Source: Monocercomonoides exilis PA203 (taxonomy: Eukaryota; Protista; Preaxostyla). Taken from it: DNA of 64,000 bases. The translations under genes were made by a program, and so were the position numbers. This document shows positions 1 to 13,358 of the stretch, in pieces. The stretch covers positions 310,001 through 374,000 of the forward strand of contig LSRY02000037.1 in NCBI GenBank assembly GCA_001643675.2, given 5' to 3'. A model generated the notes under the pieces. The model did not search any database. It saw only the letters and a program-made list of their open reading frames with translations, and was not told the origin of the DNA. Position 1 is the first letter of the stretch; each line of letters opens with the position of its first letter.

Positions 1-220
1 ACATAAATTTACAGCACTTTTTATGATAGTTTATTTATATCCAAATTGTCAATTGAAAAAGCATCCATTTTATTACATATTTAACAAAATATCTTTACTT
101 GATGGAGTTAATGTTAATTTGAAGCTTTTCCAGAGCCTATTGCTGACAAAAGAATATGAGAAAGTGTGGAAGTGCTTTCATTAAAATTTTTGTCTTTTGC
201 GATATTTATTTACTCCTTAG

Positions 221-810
221 ATTGCAACTTTGACTTTCGAAGAAATTAACCAGCAAATCACAAAAAATCCTCCAGAAGCTGTTGATATTCCACTTCTTGA
301 TTCTAATGAGAGTGGAGAAGAGATAAAAACGCCGAACGATATCGAATACTATGATCTATACTCTTTTCCTTCGAAAAATTGTTCTAATATTATTCAAAAA
401 GATAATTGGATTCGTCCGATTCCAATAAGTTACAGCTTTCCTTTGCTTCAATCTGTGTGTATAATTTTTACAAATTGAAATTTTCATATTGGTATTTATT
501 TATCAGTTGAAATGGCTTGATTTAGATCTTCCATTAGATCTTCGTTATGATGAAGGACTTGGAATTTCTCTAACAGGTTTGCTTTAATTATTATATTTAG
601 AAATTAACTTTTTCATCAATCATTATATTGAATCTTTTTTTATTTCAAATTATAAAATTTTTGAATGAATAATGCCAATTACGCATGTGTTGGGAAATGT
701 TTGCACTACAGAAGAAAAAAAAGAAGCTCCAATTTCATCTTCTTCAGAAGTTCTTCAAAAATGAAAAGATTATGCTTATTTTAGAAAATTTTTTGCTCCG
801 AGGTTGAAAA
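221..810 (+). pseudogene. Fragment of a multi-exon gene of unknown function, probably decayed
   Basis: Coding-like exon 221-~452 (IATLTFEEINQQ...PLLQS) and a second exon (LKWLDLDLPLDLRYDEGLGISLT, ~507-577) bounded by AT-rich GT...AG introns. Stops occur in the neighbouring exons and no family was recognised. Confidence 0.35.
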
Positions 811-1269
811 AACTCGAATAGAAGTATTCATAAGTGAATCCGATACTGAAAACTTTTTTATGATTAAATCCACATGTGCAAATAGTTATTACTTATGTCA
901 TTGATTGCGGAAGCTATTGGTGGACGTTTTATCTTTTTGAAATCTTTTTATAGATTATAATTTTTTTCTGAAGACCAGATTTTGTTATAATTTTTTTTCT
1001 TTGTTTTAAGTTTCGAATTGCTTATTTTGTGTTTTGTTGTTTCATAGAAAATAAAATTTTAAATAATTATGGAATGAGATACGAAAAGAATTGTTTTTCT
1101 CTTTTTAAATATACCACAAATAATTTAAAATGAGAATTTGGCAAACTTGAAGAATTTCTGATCTTTTCAAAGATTTTGTGCAGAAACGTTTTTACATGAA
1201 GAAGAAAATAAAAATTAAATTTTTTTTCTAAGGATAATAAATGTGTATTGATCAAAATAATTGCTATTA

Positions 1270-1323
1270 CAGTGAAGCTCGGTTATAATCACCTCGGTTG
1301 TAATCAAGACCGCGAATAATCAC
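1270..1323 (+). mobile_element. pogo/Tigger-type left terminal sequence (TA|CAGTG...)
   Basis: TA at 1268-1269 is followed by CAGTGAAGCTCGGTTATAATCACCTCGGTTGTAATC, a typical Tc1/mariner-pogo terminus. The subterminal motif CGGTTATAATCAC...GAATAATCACA recurs at ~1616-1650. No matching right TIR was seen. Confidence 0.6.
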
Positions 1324-1362
1324 ATTTTTTCGTGCATCAACAAATTTAGCTTTTTTATAGTC

Positions 1363-1598
1363 TAAATTTTTTTGAATAGTTCCTTTTGTTTAATTGTCTA
1401 ATATAACAAAATTTTCATATTTTGATCAAATTTATGTTCACAATTATGAAACTTCACAAAAACGGTATTGATAACATTCTTTTGGATTTGTTTCCATTTT
1501 GGTGAAGTTTCTTGAGTAGGAACAAAAAATTGATGAAAATATCAAATTTTTATTTAATTAGAAAATTAAATAAAGGAGCTTTTCAAAAAAATTTTGAC
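1363..1598. repeat. Degenerate ~240-bp palindrome (old foldback/MITE)
   Basis: 1363-1465 is an imperfect reverse complement of ~1495-1598 (AAACTTCACAAAA / TTTTGGTGAAGTTT at the inner ends). A related copy lies at ~3994-4200. Confidence 0.6.
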
Positions 1599-1737
1599 AT
1601 ATGTGTAATTTCATCGGTTATAATCACACTAAAATCGTGAATAATCACAAATTTTGAAAATTAATGGGTATTATTATGTCTATTTTGAAATATTTGCAGA
1701 AATGAAAGTTGTTTTTTTCTGCTTTATTATAAACAAA

Positions 1738-1979
1738 TGGGTGATTCTTTTTGAAAAGTCACAAAAGTTTAATTTTCATATAAATCAAAATTTTCATATT
1801 TTGATAAATATTTTGTTAACAAATATCAAACTTCACTTAAATGGAATCTATAACTTGAAAATCCTATTTCAAACATTATTGAGGAGATTTGTGAGCTGAA
1901 ACAGAAATTTGAGCATTATATGAAATTTTTGATTTATTTGAAAATTAAACATTTGCGACTATTCAAAAAGAATCACCCA
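1738..1979. mobile_element. ~240-bp MITE with TGGGTGATTCTTTTTGAA TIRs
   Basis: Starts TGGGTGATTCTTTTTGAAAAGTC and ends GACTATTCAAAAAGAATCACCCA. A homologous copy lies at 13359-13600 in the opposite orientation. Confidence 0.75.
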
Positions 1980-1987
1980 TATATTAG

Positions 1988-3140
1988 ATGGAAAATGTGA
2001 TTAATGATACAGATGACGAAAACGCCCCTTGCATTAACGTTTCAATGGGAACCGCTTACCAATTTGTGAAGTGCCATCCCGAGCTGAAGAGAAGTTCGCA
2101 GAAAACTGTTGATGTCAATCGCCTTGCTGTGTCGTGCAAAAGTGTTCTGCAGCCCTGGTATTCATTACTGGACGGCTTGCAAGAAAAAATGAATACTGCA
2201 AAGAACTAATATTCAACATGGATGAGTCTTCACTAAGAGTTCCTACCAATTCAAAACTGAGCGTGGTTCATCCCAAAAAAATGAAAATCCAGGATTTAAT
2301 AAAGAACCACCGAAAATGGCGAATTCGATTCTGGTCGCTGCTGTGGCTGCTGATGGATTTACACTTCCTTCTGTGATTCTATGGCCTAGCAAAAGTCTTC
2401 CTGATGAGATGAAGCTGCTGCTGTCACAGACTCTTGATATCTAACTGAACGGAAGTGGTTGGATGGGCTGCAATCAATTCAAAAAGTACGCACTTACAAC
2501 ACTCCTTCAAGGAATTATCGATCGCAGAAAGCGCATGTCACTGGAAAACTCTCGCTGCTTGCTTCTCATCTACTCACACATTTCTCGAGCAGGTCCAACA
2601 ATCTGGAGAGAATTTCAAAAAGAAAATATCGACATCGTCACCTTCATTTCTCACAGCACACATATCGCACAGCCTCTTGACAGAGGAGTCTTGGCTGTTC
2701 TCAAAACAGAACTGCAAACAAAATATGAACCTCCATCTTCATCGACATCTTCATCGAAAAGAACAGCTCTTGTGGATGTTCTCCCTCAAGCAATTCATAC
2801 CGCCCTCTCACCTGCTGTCATCAAAAAAGCCTTCGCAACGAGTGGAGTTCTTCATAACGAATCTGGACCAATTCTCATGAAGCTTCCAGAAACATCAGAA
2901 TATCAACTTTCATCACATTCAAATAGATTCGACTTCTATGGCAAGTTAATTACTGATGAGAAGCTTCTAAATGATTGGAGGGAACATTTAGGAATTAAAG
3001 AAAAAGAAAAAGTTGAAAAAGAAGAAAAAGCTGAAAAAGTGGAAAAAGTTGATGATGAAAAGAATTCTTCTGAAGAAATGAAAAACGAAGAGCAAAAAGA
3101 AGATAATGAGTTAAAGTCTTTTGTTGAAATGAAAAATTAA
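1988..3140 (+). pseudogene. pogo/Tc5-like DDE_1 transposase pseudogene
   Basis: Across frameshifts it reads LIFNMDESSL, VAADG, GWM, LLLIYSH (second catalytic D replaced by Y) and THIAQPLDRGV. It has at least two frameshifts and an in-frame stop near 2442. Confidence 0.85.
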
Positions 3141-3289
3141 AAAAATTTGAAGTGAAAGAAGATGATCATGAAAATGAAAAGGAAGAAAGCAATGTTATCG
3201 AAAGATAAAAAGGAAAAAGAAAAGTTATTCATAAATTGGATTCTTCATTTGTGTTTTTTTAATTTTTATTTAATTTTTTTTCATATCAA

Positions 3290-3334
3290 AAAAAAGGTCC
3301 CAATAAAAAAAGGGTCCCGATAAATAACTGACCG
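3290..3334 (-). mobile_element. Right terminal repeat downstream of the DDE_1 remnant (xGGTCA-type TIR)
   Basis: Reverse complement reads CGGTCAGTTATTTATCGGGACCCTTTTTTTATTGGGACC, which aligns with the TIR of the foldback element at 21741 (GGGTCAACTTTTTAATGGGACTTTTTTCTTTATTGGCAC). Confidence 0.6.
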
Positions 3335-3993
3335 AATATTGTGTGGATAAACGATAAAATATTAAAAATTTGAAAAAACCCAAAATGAAAGTGGAACAAT
3401 TTACACCTACGCTAAAAATTTTGCCACAGATCTGGCTGTGCTATAAAAAGATGTGAATCCAAGAAAAGCAAGCATGTATCATCATTTTTTCGGAACATTT
3501 TTTTTTTTAACAATTCCTGGAAGTGTAACTTCTTCCGCTTATTTGAAGAAAATAACTTCAGTCATCTATCCTTCCTTTTCTCCCCAAACATCAAGTTGTT
3601 GCTCAGTACAAGAAACTGCTCATAAAAAGATTCATGACAACGCCAAAGAATGACACTTTTTTTAAGAATAACTATCTGTTACTGCTTCAACGAAGAGAGT
3701 TGTATTTGTTATATAGGGTGAAATATTGCACTTCAAGCATATTCATTGAAAAATAATTCATCTTGGATGAACTTTTTGTGATAAAAAAATTTGATATTAA
3801 CGTGTTCATTTTTTGAAAAACAATCGAGATCACAAAACTTATTGTTGTTGAATTTTTGGTATCTTTTCACATATAAAATAATCAAATTTATTTTGTCGTC
3901 TGATTAAGTTTAATAAAGTTATCAGATAAACGATTTTTTTATGCTTTGTGCAAAAAATGCTTGAAAACCTGAATTTTCCTCCAAATGTTTAAA

Positions 3994-4484
3994 ATTTTTA
4001 AAAAAGTTCGTTTTGTTTAATTTTCAAATTAAATAAAAATTTCATATTTTTATCAATTTACTATTCTCACTAAAAAAAACTTCACAAAAATTGATATCAA
4101 AACCTTAACGATGTTATTATTTCCATTATAGTTAACTTACGTGAGAAGGAACAGAAATTTGATGAAAATTTGATATTTGGGTGATTATTTTTGAAAAAAT
4201 ATTTTATCGAAAAAAAATTTCGGTATTTAATTTTTGTTTTGAATTTTGTTAATGAACACAGAAAAGAAATACTGCAACAAAAATCATCTCTGTCTTTCTT
4301 TCATATCAAACAATGTCTTTTGATTCAATTGAATGAATAAAACATTTCTGCAAAAATTTTATTTACGAATTCATAAAATTTTTATAATTATGCACACACC
4401 GAAAAAAGTTATGATTTCAAAAAAATAAAAACACCCATTTTTTCTTTTTTTTGAAAATTAAACAAAATGAACTTTTTAAAAAAT
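3994..4484. repeat. Degenerate foldback/MITE remnant
   Basis: TTTTTAAAAAAGTTCGTTTTGTTTAATTTTCAAA (~3995-4028) is inverted at ~4450-4482. The interior resembles the 1363-1598 palindrome and holds a TGGGTGATTATTTTTGAA MITE end at ~4178. Confidence 0.5.
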
Positions 4485-4494
4485 AAAGTCATAT

Positions 4495-5127
4495 TCATCG
4501 GTGTTTTGGAGAAATCAGCAGGCACGTCGAAAGGATTGAAAACAAGAGATGAGAGAGAATCAGAGGTTCTCAGAGAAGATTCATCAATATTGAAGATGAG
4601 AGAGTTTGAATAATGATACTGATCATGAATGTTTTGAAGAAGAGTGAAAAATGGACGGAGAGTTTGCTGATTTGATGCAGAAAGCCATTGAATATCGACG
4701 TTTCGATGGTGTGAAGCCTTCAGCTCCGGGTTTTTATTGGTGTATTTATAGAAATAGTGTTATGAAATGTTGACTTTTTTATTATCTTCGTCGAAGTCGT
4801 CTTTTCATTAATAATTGATAACACTGATAATCTTTGTTTTAAAAAAATTGATTAATACAAGTAATCTAAAGAATTATGACAAACAAATATCTTTATTTGT
4901 GCAGCATTGTAACTTGTCCCAATTTCACATTCTATTTTCAGCACTCCAAATATCGTTTCCTTTTCTTCTTTATTAAATAATTCTGGTCTTCCTTTCTTTC
5001 CTGCCTTTCTTCCTTTTTCCACAGTAATAACAGCCCTATCTATTACCATGTGAGTAAATTCATTTTTGTTTGCGATATCAACAATTCGAGCTTCTCCATA
5101 AGAAATAATCGTTGCAACACATTCCAT
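4495..5127 (-). pseudogene. N-terminal fragment of a pogo/DDE_1 transposase (HTH region plus first catalytic motif)
   Basis: ORF 5127-4852 has a GRP motif (KKGRPELFNKEEKETI). After an intron and frameshifts the minus strand reads NVDIQWLSASNQQTLRPFFTLLQNIHDQYHYSNSLIFNIDESSLR, homologous to the 1988-2280 copy. Confidence 0.75.
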
Positions 5128-6445
5128 TCAACTTTTAATATGACAATATCGAAATAATGTTATCTAACTTATATATATATATATATAAATATATTTTGAT
5201 AACTTGTTCTTTTTTATTATCCACAAAACTCATGTGATAAAATTATTGATTATCATGTCATTTTTATGTTAAAAAATATTATGGAAAGAAGAATTGCAAA
5301 CATAAATATTTTCTAATAAAATGAAATTAAACACGCACCGTTATAATTTGTGAATTTCCTTCTGGGAGGCACTGATAAGAGATGGAGGAGCTAGTCACTG
5401 CTCCTCGCATCTGAAATTTGGTGTTGTAATTTAATCCAGAATTTCAGTCATTGATATATTATTAAATAACGAAAATAATATAAGAAATATTTATTTTTTT
5501 GAAAATATAAATTTATAATAAAAAAATCTGAGTTTCCATAAAAAATATTCATGTTAATAAATCACCATATGGAATTCTATTTGTTGATTTCAGAAAAACA
5601 GAAAGACGAGGAGAAAACAGAAAAGAAAGAAGAGAAAGGAAAACCAGCAAAAAACGAGATATATGAAAAGATAGATGAAGATGTCAATGATGATACCATC
5701 ACATATTTTCTTTAAACATTTGATTTTTTCCCAGTATTTCCAGATTCCATCTGATATAAAGGAATGGAAGAGAAATAACACTGAAACAATTTCTAAAAGA
5801 GTTTTTGAGATAAACACAGAACGAATAAATAATGATTCTTTCTTCAGCATCTGGAAGAGAATGTTCTGTTTGAAGAAAATGGAGAGTAATGAAGAAAAAG
5901 TCGTTCTTGAAAGAACTTCATCTCTTCACCACCAGAATCCCAAAATTATTTGTAAAAAACAACTTTTTATTTTTGTGATTGATCCACAAACAATAATTGT
6001 TCAAAAAAGGTTTTTGCTCTCCTTTTGATAATTCAAAAATTTTATTTATTATATTTCAGAGATGAAGCAATAAAATTCTTCATTTAATAATCTTCAGTTG
6101 TTTGTTGTATTGAGAAATGATCAATAAAAATTTACAATTTTTGAGTTAAAATAAAAAAAAAATGAGTTTCATTTTCTCAAACATTTATATTTCAATTGAT
6201 GACTTATCAAGCAATTCAACAAAAATTATCAATTGAAAAAGGCTGCAAAAATCCATTTGCGGATAAAGGGAATAATCAAAAAAGAAAATACAAGCACAGT
6301 GAAAATCAAAATATGAAGAATCTCATTTCTTCAGATTAACTGAACATTCAGAAACAGATAACACAGAAAAAATATTTTTGTTTTTCAACAAAAAACGGTC
6401 AAAGTTTTGTTGGATCATTAATCAATGAAAAGATAAAAAAAAAAA

Positions 6446-6585
6446 AGAAGAGATAGATAGATAGAGAGAGAGAAGAAGAAGAAGAAGAAGAGGGAAAAGA
6501 AGAAGAAGAAGAAGAAGAAGAAGAAGAAGAAGAAGAAGAAGAAAGAGAAGAAGAAGAAGAAGAAGAAGAAAGAGAAGAAGAAGAA

Positions 6586-6622
<37 letters not shown>

Positions 6623-6630
6623 AAAGAAAA
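6446..6630. repeat. Compound purine microsatellite (GATA/GA/GAA/GAAA)
   Basis: Long, nearly pure purine tract read directly from the sequence. Confidence 0.95.
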
Positions 6631-6665
6631 AGCTTTTGAGTTACAAAAAATGAAATTTCATTTCC

Positions 6666-8094
6666 TCAAACATTCAAAAAATAATCAGAAATAATAATTG
6701 ACAATTTATACACTCTCTTTCTGTAGAGCAAATCAAACCTTCCATTAAAACTTTTGATGAAATCTTCGTATCCTTCTTCTTCCAACTTTTCAAATATCTT
6801 TCTTTTCAATTCTTTTCTTTTTTCTTCTTCAGCTACATTTGACTCCTTTTCTTTCAATCTTTCTGAAAGTTTCAAAAAGAAATGCAAAAAATTCCACATT
6901 AATTCATCATATAAAGTTGATTGCTTCATTTCCTCCAAAACATTATCAACGGCCCCACTTATCAGCAAGTCTTCAACCTTCACGGCTTTGCAATGAGCTG
7001 CTTCTGATAATGATTGAATGAATATCTTGCTAATTTCTCTGTGATTATCCCTTAAATCTCGGAATATTTGAACAACGTTTCTGATAAGCTCAACGTGCTC
7101 TTCATTCCACAATTCGCTAAAGCGTAAGTAAAATTTCAATGCATGCATCCATCTCTTTATTACGCTCTCTTCTCTTCTTTCCTTTTCCTTCACTTCTCTT
7201 TCTTTTCTCTTCCAATCCACACACTTCTCGAGCTCTTCCAGTTCTTTTGCTGCCTCATTCACCATAACATCTTCCAAAATTTCATCTTTGTAAAATCTGT
7301 TTATCAAAATTTCCCAAGCAGACTGATAGGCAAGCCGTGTCAGATTCTGATGTTCTTGGTGATATTTGATAATCTCTTTGATTTCACTCAGATACAGTTC
7401 TTTATTCATTTCCTATATTTAAAATCAGAAAAATATGCAAAAAGATCAAAAAGGAAATAGAAATTCTCACACGTAACATTCAATGTTGCTCAAAGCCAGT
7501 AAAGCGATTTCCACTTCTTTTTGTGTCTCCTCGTTTTCCTCTTTCTTCAAAGCAACTTTCAGAAGGCAAGGCATAATGATTGAAATAAATTCATCTGAAA
7601 TGAATCCTTAAACCAGCAAAGCAAAACATTCGCAAAGATCAACCAAAAGCCTTTCATTCTTTTCTTTTTTCTCATTTTCATTAACAATCATCTTCCCAAA
7701 TCTTTCATTCAGCGAAGATTGTCTGAAATTAAGTTCATACATGACTGTCAACGCTTGCCTAAAACCAACATGCTTCAACAGCACAATTGCTCTTTCCAAT
7801 GGCAATTTCTTTCTTTCGATCATTTTGCGTATTTTGTCGAACATGAATACTGAGAAAACAAATCCAAATTCTTCTTTTTCCATTTCATTGATCATTCTTT
7901 TTATCTCCTCCATTTTCTGCAAATGTTCATCTTCTCTGCAATGTTCCATTTCATGGAGCAATTCTGAAAAACGAATTGAAAACAAAGAAAATTAAATCTT
8001 CTTTAAAAAAAAGAATTAACAAACTTAAAAACTTTCTTGTTGGTGATATTTCTCCCGGTTCAATTTGAGATTTATCACTAGTGCATGAACTCAT
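6666..8094 (-). pseudogene. Helical 'LTRLAYQSAW' family paralog 1, with an internal stop
   Basis: Three-exon layout like the 11457-12867 copy: ATG at 8094 (MSSCTSDK...RKFL), exon 2 from 7963, exon 3 ending at 6666. An in-frame TAA at 7608-7610 interrupts ALLV*GFISDEFISIIMPCLLK. Confidence 0.8.
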
Positions 8095-8799
8095 TCTGCA
8101 AGCGGATGTGAAATGCGTTTATTTGAGCAGATAATTTGCAATTAACGAAATAATCAGAAAACAACAACATTGATAATCTCTCAAAATAAAAACGATCGAA
8201 ATACAAACTGATTTATTTTTGTTTATAAAAAAAAGCAAAAGAAATTACGAAGAAGCCACAAGTATTGGCCGTATTAGGCCAGAAAAGCTAATGTTTTTTT
8301 ATTCGAATTGATCAAACCATCAAAAAGTTATTCGAAAAATTCATTAAAAAAATGAAGTCTTGCATTCTCTTTCGACAAGCCATTTTCTCCCGGTCTTTGA
8401 ATAGAATTTATTTTATCATAGAAATGGAATATCGGATTACGAAATGGATTGTTTGGCTAAAAATAGTGACTATTATCTCCAACAGAAAAGATATAGATCA
8501 CCGTTTTTAGCAACGCTCCAATATTATAAGATGTTTTGTTGCATCTGGGTAAATTTCGAAATCTCTGGCTGCTAGAACAATCTTTATTTCAGTTGAAAGG
8601 GAATTTCATGAGGAATTCAGCGAGGATACCATTTCTTTTTAGAATTGTGCAGGGAACATTCAGAGTTTATTTTTTTTTTTTTTTATTTTTTGAAGATGAA
8701 AGTCGTGAAATAAAATATTGAGAAGTTCTTGTCTCAAAAGAAAGAAGTTATAGGAAAAAGACATTCTGATTCACATTCTGAAGTTTTTTTGAGCCAACG

Positions 8800-9770
8800 C
8801 AATCTTTCTTTCGCAATCCTGAAACATTTCCGTTGACTTTGACGATATCAACTAAACACGCAGGTATTGATGATATCAAGAATCATTCAAACACCTTGAA
8901 AGCCCTTCATTATTCTTTTGTCAACACTTTCAAAAGAAACATTCATTTTTGATTTGCACTGCAACTTTCCAAATGCTTTGCCTTTTGCATCATCTTTTTC
9001 ACTGAGCTCGCAACACATCACGACTTTCCCTTCAGTGGTTGCTGCATTCTCCGAAGAACATTACCTTTACGGAATTTTGAAATGATCCCATTTAAAATTG
9101 ATTCAGATATCAGACGCGAAAACAGAAAGGATCTCATTAGTCACGCTGCAGATTCTTCTTCTTCAACTACTTCCTCTTCATCTTCTTCTGATTTCCCTTC
9201 TTCATTGTATAGATTTATAATTTTTTTTGCTGAAATCAATAATCCATTTCTTTTTCCTTTTAAAGGAATTTCTTCAATTTCATCAGAAAGCTCTTCGAAT
9301 GCATCCATTTCTTTTGTTTTGTAAATTTCAACCATTCTGTCAGCAATAGATTCCCCCGCTTTACAGAATAATCCTTTCAAATTTGTCTTTTCCTTTAAAT
9401 TGCTTTTCCTCTTAATTACTTTCCTTTCTCATTTCATCTTCCTCAAGTCCAGTTGAATGAACGTGTCGTTGCTCAACCTGCCGAATGTTATTTTGAAAGA
9501 TATCCATTTCATAAAAGAATTCCTTCAATAATCATACGTTTTCGCTGCAAATGCTTCTGTTTCCAAATGAAATAAGCAAAATCGACATCTCTTTTTGATT
9601 GCGAGCCTGCTGATCGACTATTCTCTGCCAAAACACAATTGTTTCCCTTTTCATATGATTTCAGATGATATTCTGTGTCATTTCTTATGTTTCTTTTATC
9701 TTCCAGAAAGGAAAGAAAGACGATGCTTGGTGTTGAATACGAGGGAAGATGAGTTAACTGCAAATAGAAA
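8800..9770 (-). pseudogene. Decayed coding-like sequence of unknown family
   Basis: Acidic/basic coding-like ORF pieces (9141-9380, 9509-9763) separated by stops and frameshifts. No motif was recognised. Confidence 0.3.
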
Positions 9771-11456
9771 GATTATGAATGCTTATCGATGAATGCGTTG
9801 AAGAACACGATATGAATGAAATGGAAAAAATTCGTCAAACACACATTTCATCTACAGAATTTTGAATAAAAAGAAAAAAGAGGCTCATAAAATAACAGGC
9901 TGGAGGAAGGAAAGTGAAGAGAAATAAATTTTGTACCAACTGAATAATTTTTTGATTGATGCGCATTTCCATATCAGAGAAGTTATATCTTGATTTAAAT
10001 CAAAGTGAAAAGAAATACTATAGAAGAAGAAGAAAGAGCGAAAGAAGCAAGAGAAAGAATGGGAAGGTGAAGAAGAAGTAGGTGAAGAAGAAAATGAAGA
10101 TAATGATGAAGCTGGTGCTGAATGATCAATATGAAACACAATGGCAGTGTTCGCAAACAGGATTTTTGAATCGGAAGATATGAAGAAAGAACGAAAGAAA
10201 GAAAGAGAATCTGAAAGAGAAATGAATGAAATGAGTTTGACGATGCTCTTTAGACGAGATGAATAACAAAGGTGAACAAGTCTCATCTGAAGAAAATGTT
10301 TTCAAAATGAAAAGACTCGAATTTCATTTCAATCAACAACAACAACAGAAGATTGATCCAATCCACGTTGCAACATGAGAATTTGACAGCCACCAACAAT
10401 AAGTTCTCAAATAAGAAGAAAGCCTTCTTTCCATCAGCCAAATTAAAAAAAAATCGTCAATGAAGAAATCAAAAAAGAATGAGACTGAAAAGAAACCATT
10501 TAATCCACAAAAATGCAACTTCATATGGATTGCATTTGGGAATGACGTTCAAAATAAAAAATCTTTTGTTAGGAATGGAATAATAATTTTTTAAAAATAC
10601 ATAAAAAATAATTAGTATTGCACTGATGAAAAAAATTCTTCAAAAGAACATACATGCACTTTCTCTTTCAAAAACAGAAGATTGTCCAATCACTGATGCT
10701 GTCAATCTCCTTTTCCATTGTTTTGAAGTGCTCCTTTTTCCATCATCCTTTTTTCCCACATAATTATCATGCTTTTGATATGGTCAACCACTTTTTTTCC
10801 TGAAAAAAATATCTCCGAATTTCATTCTTTCCAAGAGCCGTTAAATTGTGGACATTTTTCTTTTTCCTCTCTTATCCAAATGATTTGAAATAGAATTTGT
10901 TTTTCATCTCCTGTTCAAGTTGAATACGGAAAATATGCAATTCTTATGTGCTGATTGTCTCTCGCCATCCAGCACTCTTCTGATTTTCTCCTCAGAAAAA
11001 CATAAAATTTGCGATTTTTAAAATTAATCAGATTCTTGGACTCTGAAAAGATGGTCTATAAAAGTTTCTTCTAAACAAACAGGAACGATAAAAAACGCAT
11101 ACATGCGAATATTTCGATTTTTATAAAAATGTTGTATTTCCTTCAATGATGCTTTTCATAAAAATCATTTCGGCAAATTCCATCATCGATTCCCCTCCGT
11201 CGTTGTCTCGTAACAACGCTCAAAATAATATCGCCTATCCTGCAGAAAATATTCGTTTGTTGATCTCTCATTCCAACAATGGATAATCTCGTTCAAAGAA
11301 AACCGTTCGATCAAAACACCCATTTTAATAAGCGCATAAAGATAAATTGAAATTTTTGTTCTAATTGCATGTTAAAACGGAATATATTGAAAAGGACTGT
11401 ATGCGCGTTCAAAGATAGTATTATTTTCTGAATAAATTGAATTTTGATAAATGTAG

Positions 11457-12867
11457 ATGACATCTCGAGCAAAAAAGTTCACTGGTTTGTATTCAATGTT
11501 TCATTTGAATAAATGATAAGTGGATTTCATCTTAAATTTTTGTTAAGAATTGTTTAATGAACTTGAGCATCGCAATGAAGATGAACAAAGAAAGAAAATC
11601 TTTGAAATGAATGGATTAATTGGAGAAATAAATAAAAACGATGTTGAATCTGTTTTCACAAATGAATTGTTCAACAAAATACTCAAAATGATTGAAGAAA
11701 AGAAACTATCTTTGGAAAATGCAATTATGTTGTTGAAGCATGTGGGATATCGCATTGCTTTTAAAAACTTTTACTTTTTTAGTTTTGACGAATCATTGCT
11801 GAGTAAAAGATTCGAAAAGATGATTGTTTTCCAAAAGAAGAAGAAAAATGGAAAGAATGAAAAGCAGCGGACTGATCTTTGCGAATGTTGTCTTCTTCTG
11901 CACTTTCATCTTGGCATTATACCAAAAGAATTACTCAGCGTCTGTGTTCGTTGTATTCTGAAAGACGTCTTTAAGAAAGAAGAAAGCGGGGAAGTTCAAA
12001 AAGAAGTGGAATTAGCCTTGTTGGCTTTAAGTAACGTTTTTCAATGTTGCGTATGAGCATTTAATTTTGCTTTTGAAAAAAATTTTTTCTCATCTTATTT
12101 TTGATTAGAAATTGGAACAAGATCAGTATTTGAATGAAATCAGAGAGATTATTCTGTATCATCAGGAACATCAGAATCTGACGCAACTTGCTTATCAATC
12201 AGCTTGGCAGTTTTTAATTTACAGATTACACAGCAATGAACGCATTGAAAGAGTTGCTGTGAATGAGCTGCATTTTGGAAGAGAAGCAGCAAGAGAAATA
12301 GAAGAGCTCGCAAAAAATGTGGATTGGAAAGGAAATAAAGGAATGAAAAGAAGAAAGGAAGAAAAAGAGGAGACTGTTTTATCGAGATGGCTGCAAACAT
12401 TGGAAGCTTTTTTATCCACATGCAAATTGTGGAATGAAGAACTAACTGGGCTTATGAGAAGTATTACAGATGCATTTCGAGCATCAAAGGAAAGACTCAT
12501 TGAACTTTTCAAGCAATTTATTTATTCGTTAGAAAGCGCTGCGAAAAACAGAGCTGTGGATATTGACATCTTTTTGAGCAAAGGAATTGTTGATGCTATT
12601 TTGGACACTCTGCAAGCCACGTTGGATAACTTCGTTAAAGCAAATTGCATTTGTTTTTTCATTGAACTTTGCGAAAGATTGAATGGAAAGATGGAAAAAA
12701 AGGAAAACGAGACAAAACGAAAAGAAACGAAAAGGAAAATGTTTGAAAGGATGGAAGAAGATGGATACGAAGACTGTATCTTCGAATTTCTCCATTGTTT
12801 GGTTGGAGAGACGAATAAAGATATTTCTTTAATAAATAATCCTGATTTTTGTTTTGTCTTTTGCTAG
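11457..12867 (+). CDS. Helical 'LTRLAYQSAW' family paralog 2, intact, 429 aa (lineage-specific expanded family)
   Basis: Exons 11457-11484, 11548-12050 and 12109-12867 join in frame across GT...AG introns. Shares KKLSLENAIMLLKHVGY, QKEVELALLALSN, HQNLTQLAYQSAWQFL and MEEDGYED with paralogs 1 and 3. Confidence 0.85.
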
Positions 12868-13358
12868 AATATTTTCATTTCAAAATTTGATTGATTTTTT
12901 TATTTTTATTGAATTTTAACTTCATTTAATGAATCAGCAGAACTTTTATTTTTCAGAATTTAAAAGCTTTTAAAAAGAAAGAAAAGTGATTAATTAGCGT
13001 TGTTTTGTAGTTATATTTCTTTTCAGAAGTAATTTTTTTGCATTTGCTGTTACATGAAATGATCACATTTTTTTTCATTTTGTTAGTGATGAAAAGGTTT
13101 TGGAATATTTTTCATTTCAATTTTTTTCCTGTTAATTACTCATTAAATACAAATAAAATTTTTTGTAATAAAAACCTTTTCAAATTTCTATTCTTTATGA
13201 ACACAATAGTGAACATTAGAACTGACGTTTTTTGAAAAATCAAAAAGATTTTTCTTTTCATTTCATACAGAAAAAAACACAACGAAAAAAGCATTTTCTA
13301 TTGAAATTTGTCTTTATAGGAAAACAGAAGGTTATCTGTTCATTTGATATTTTCAATG

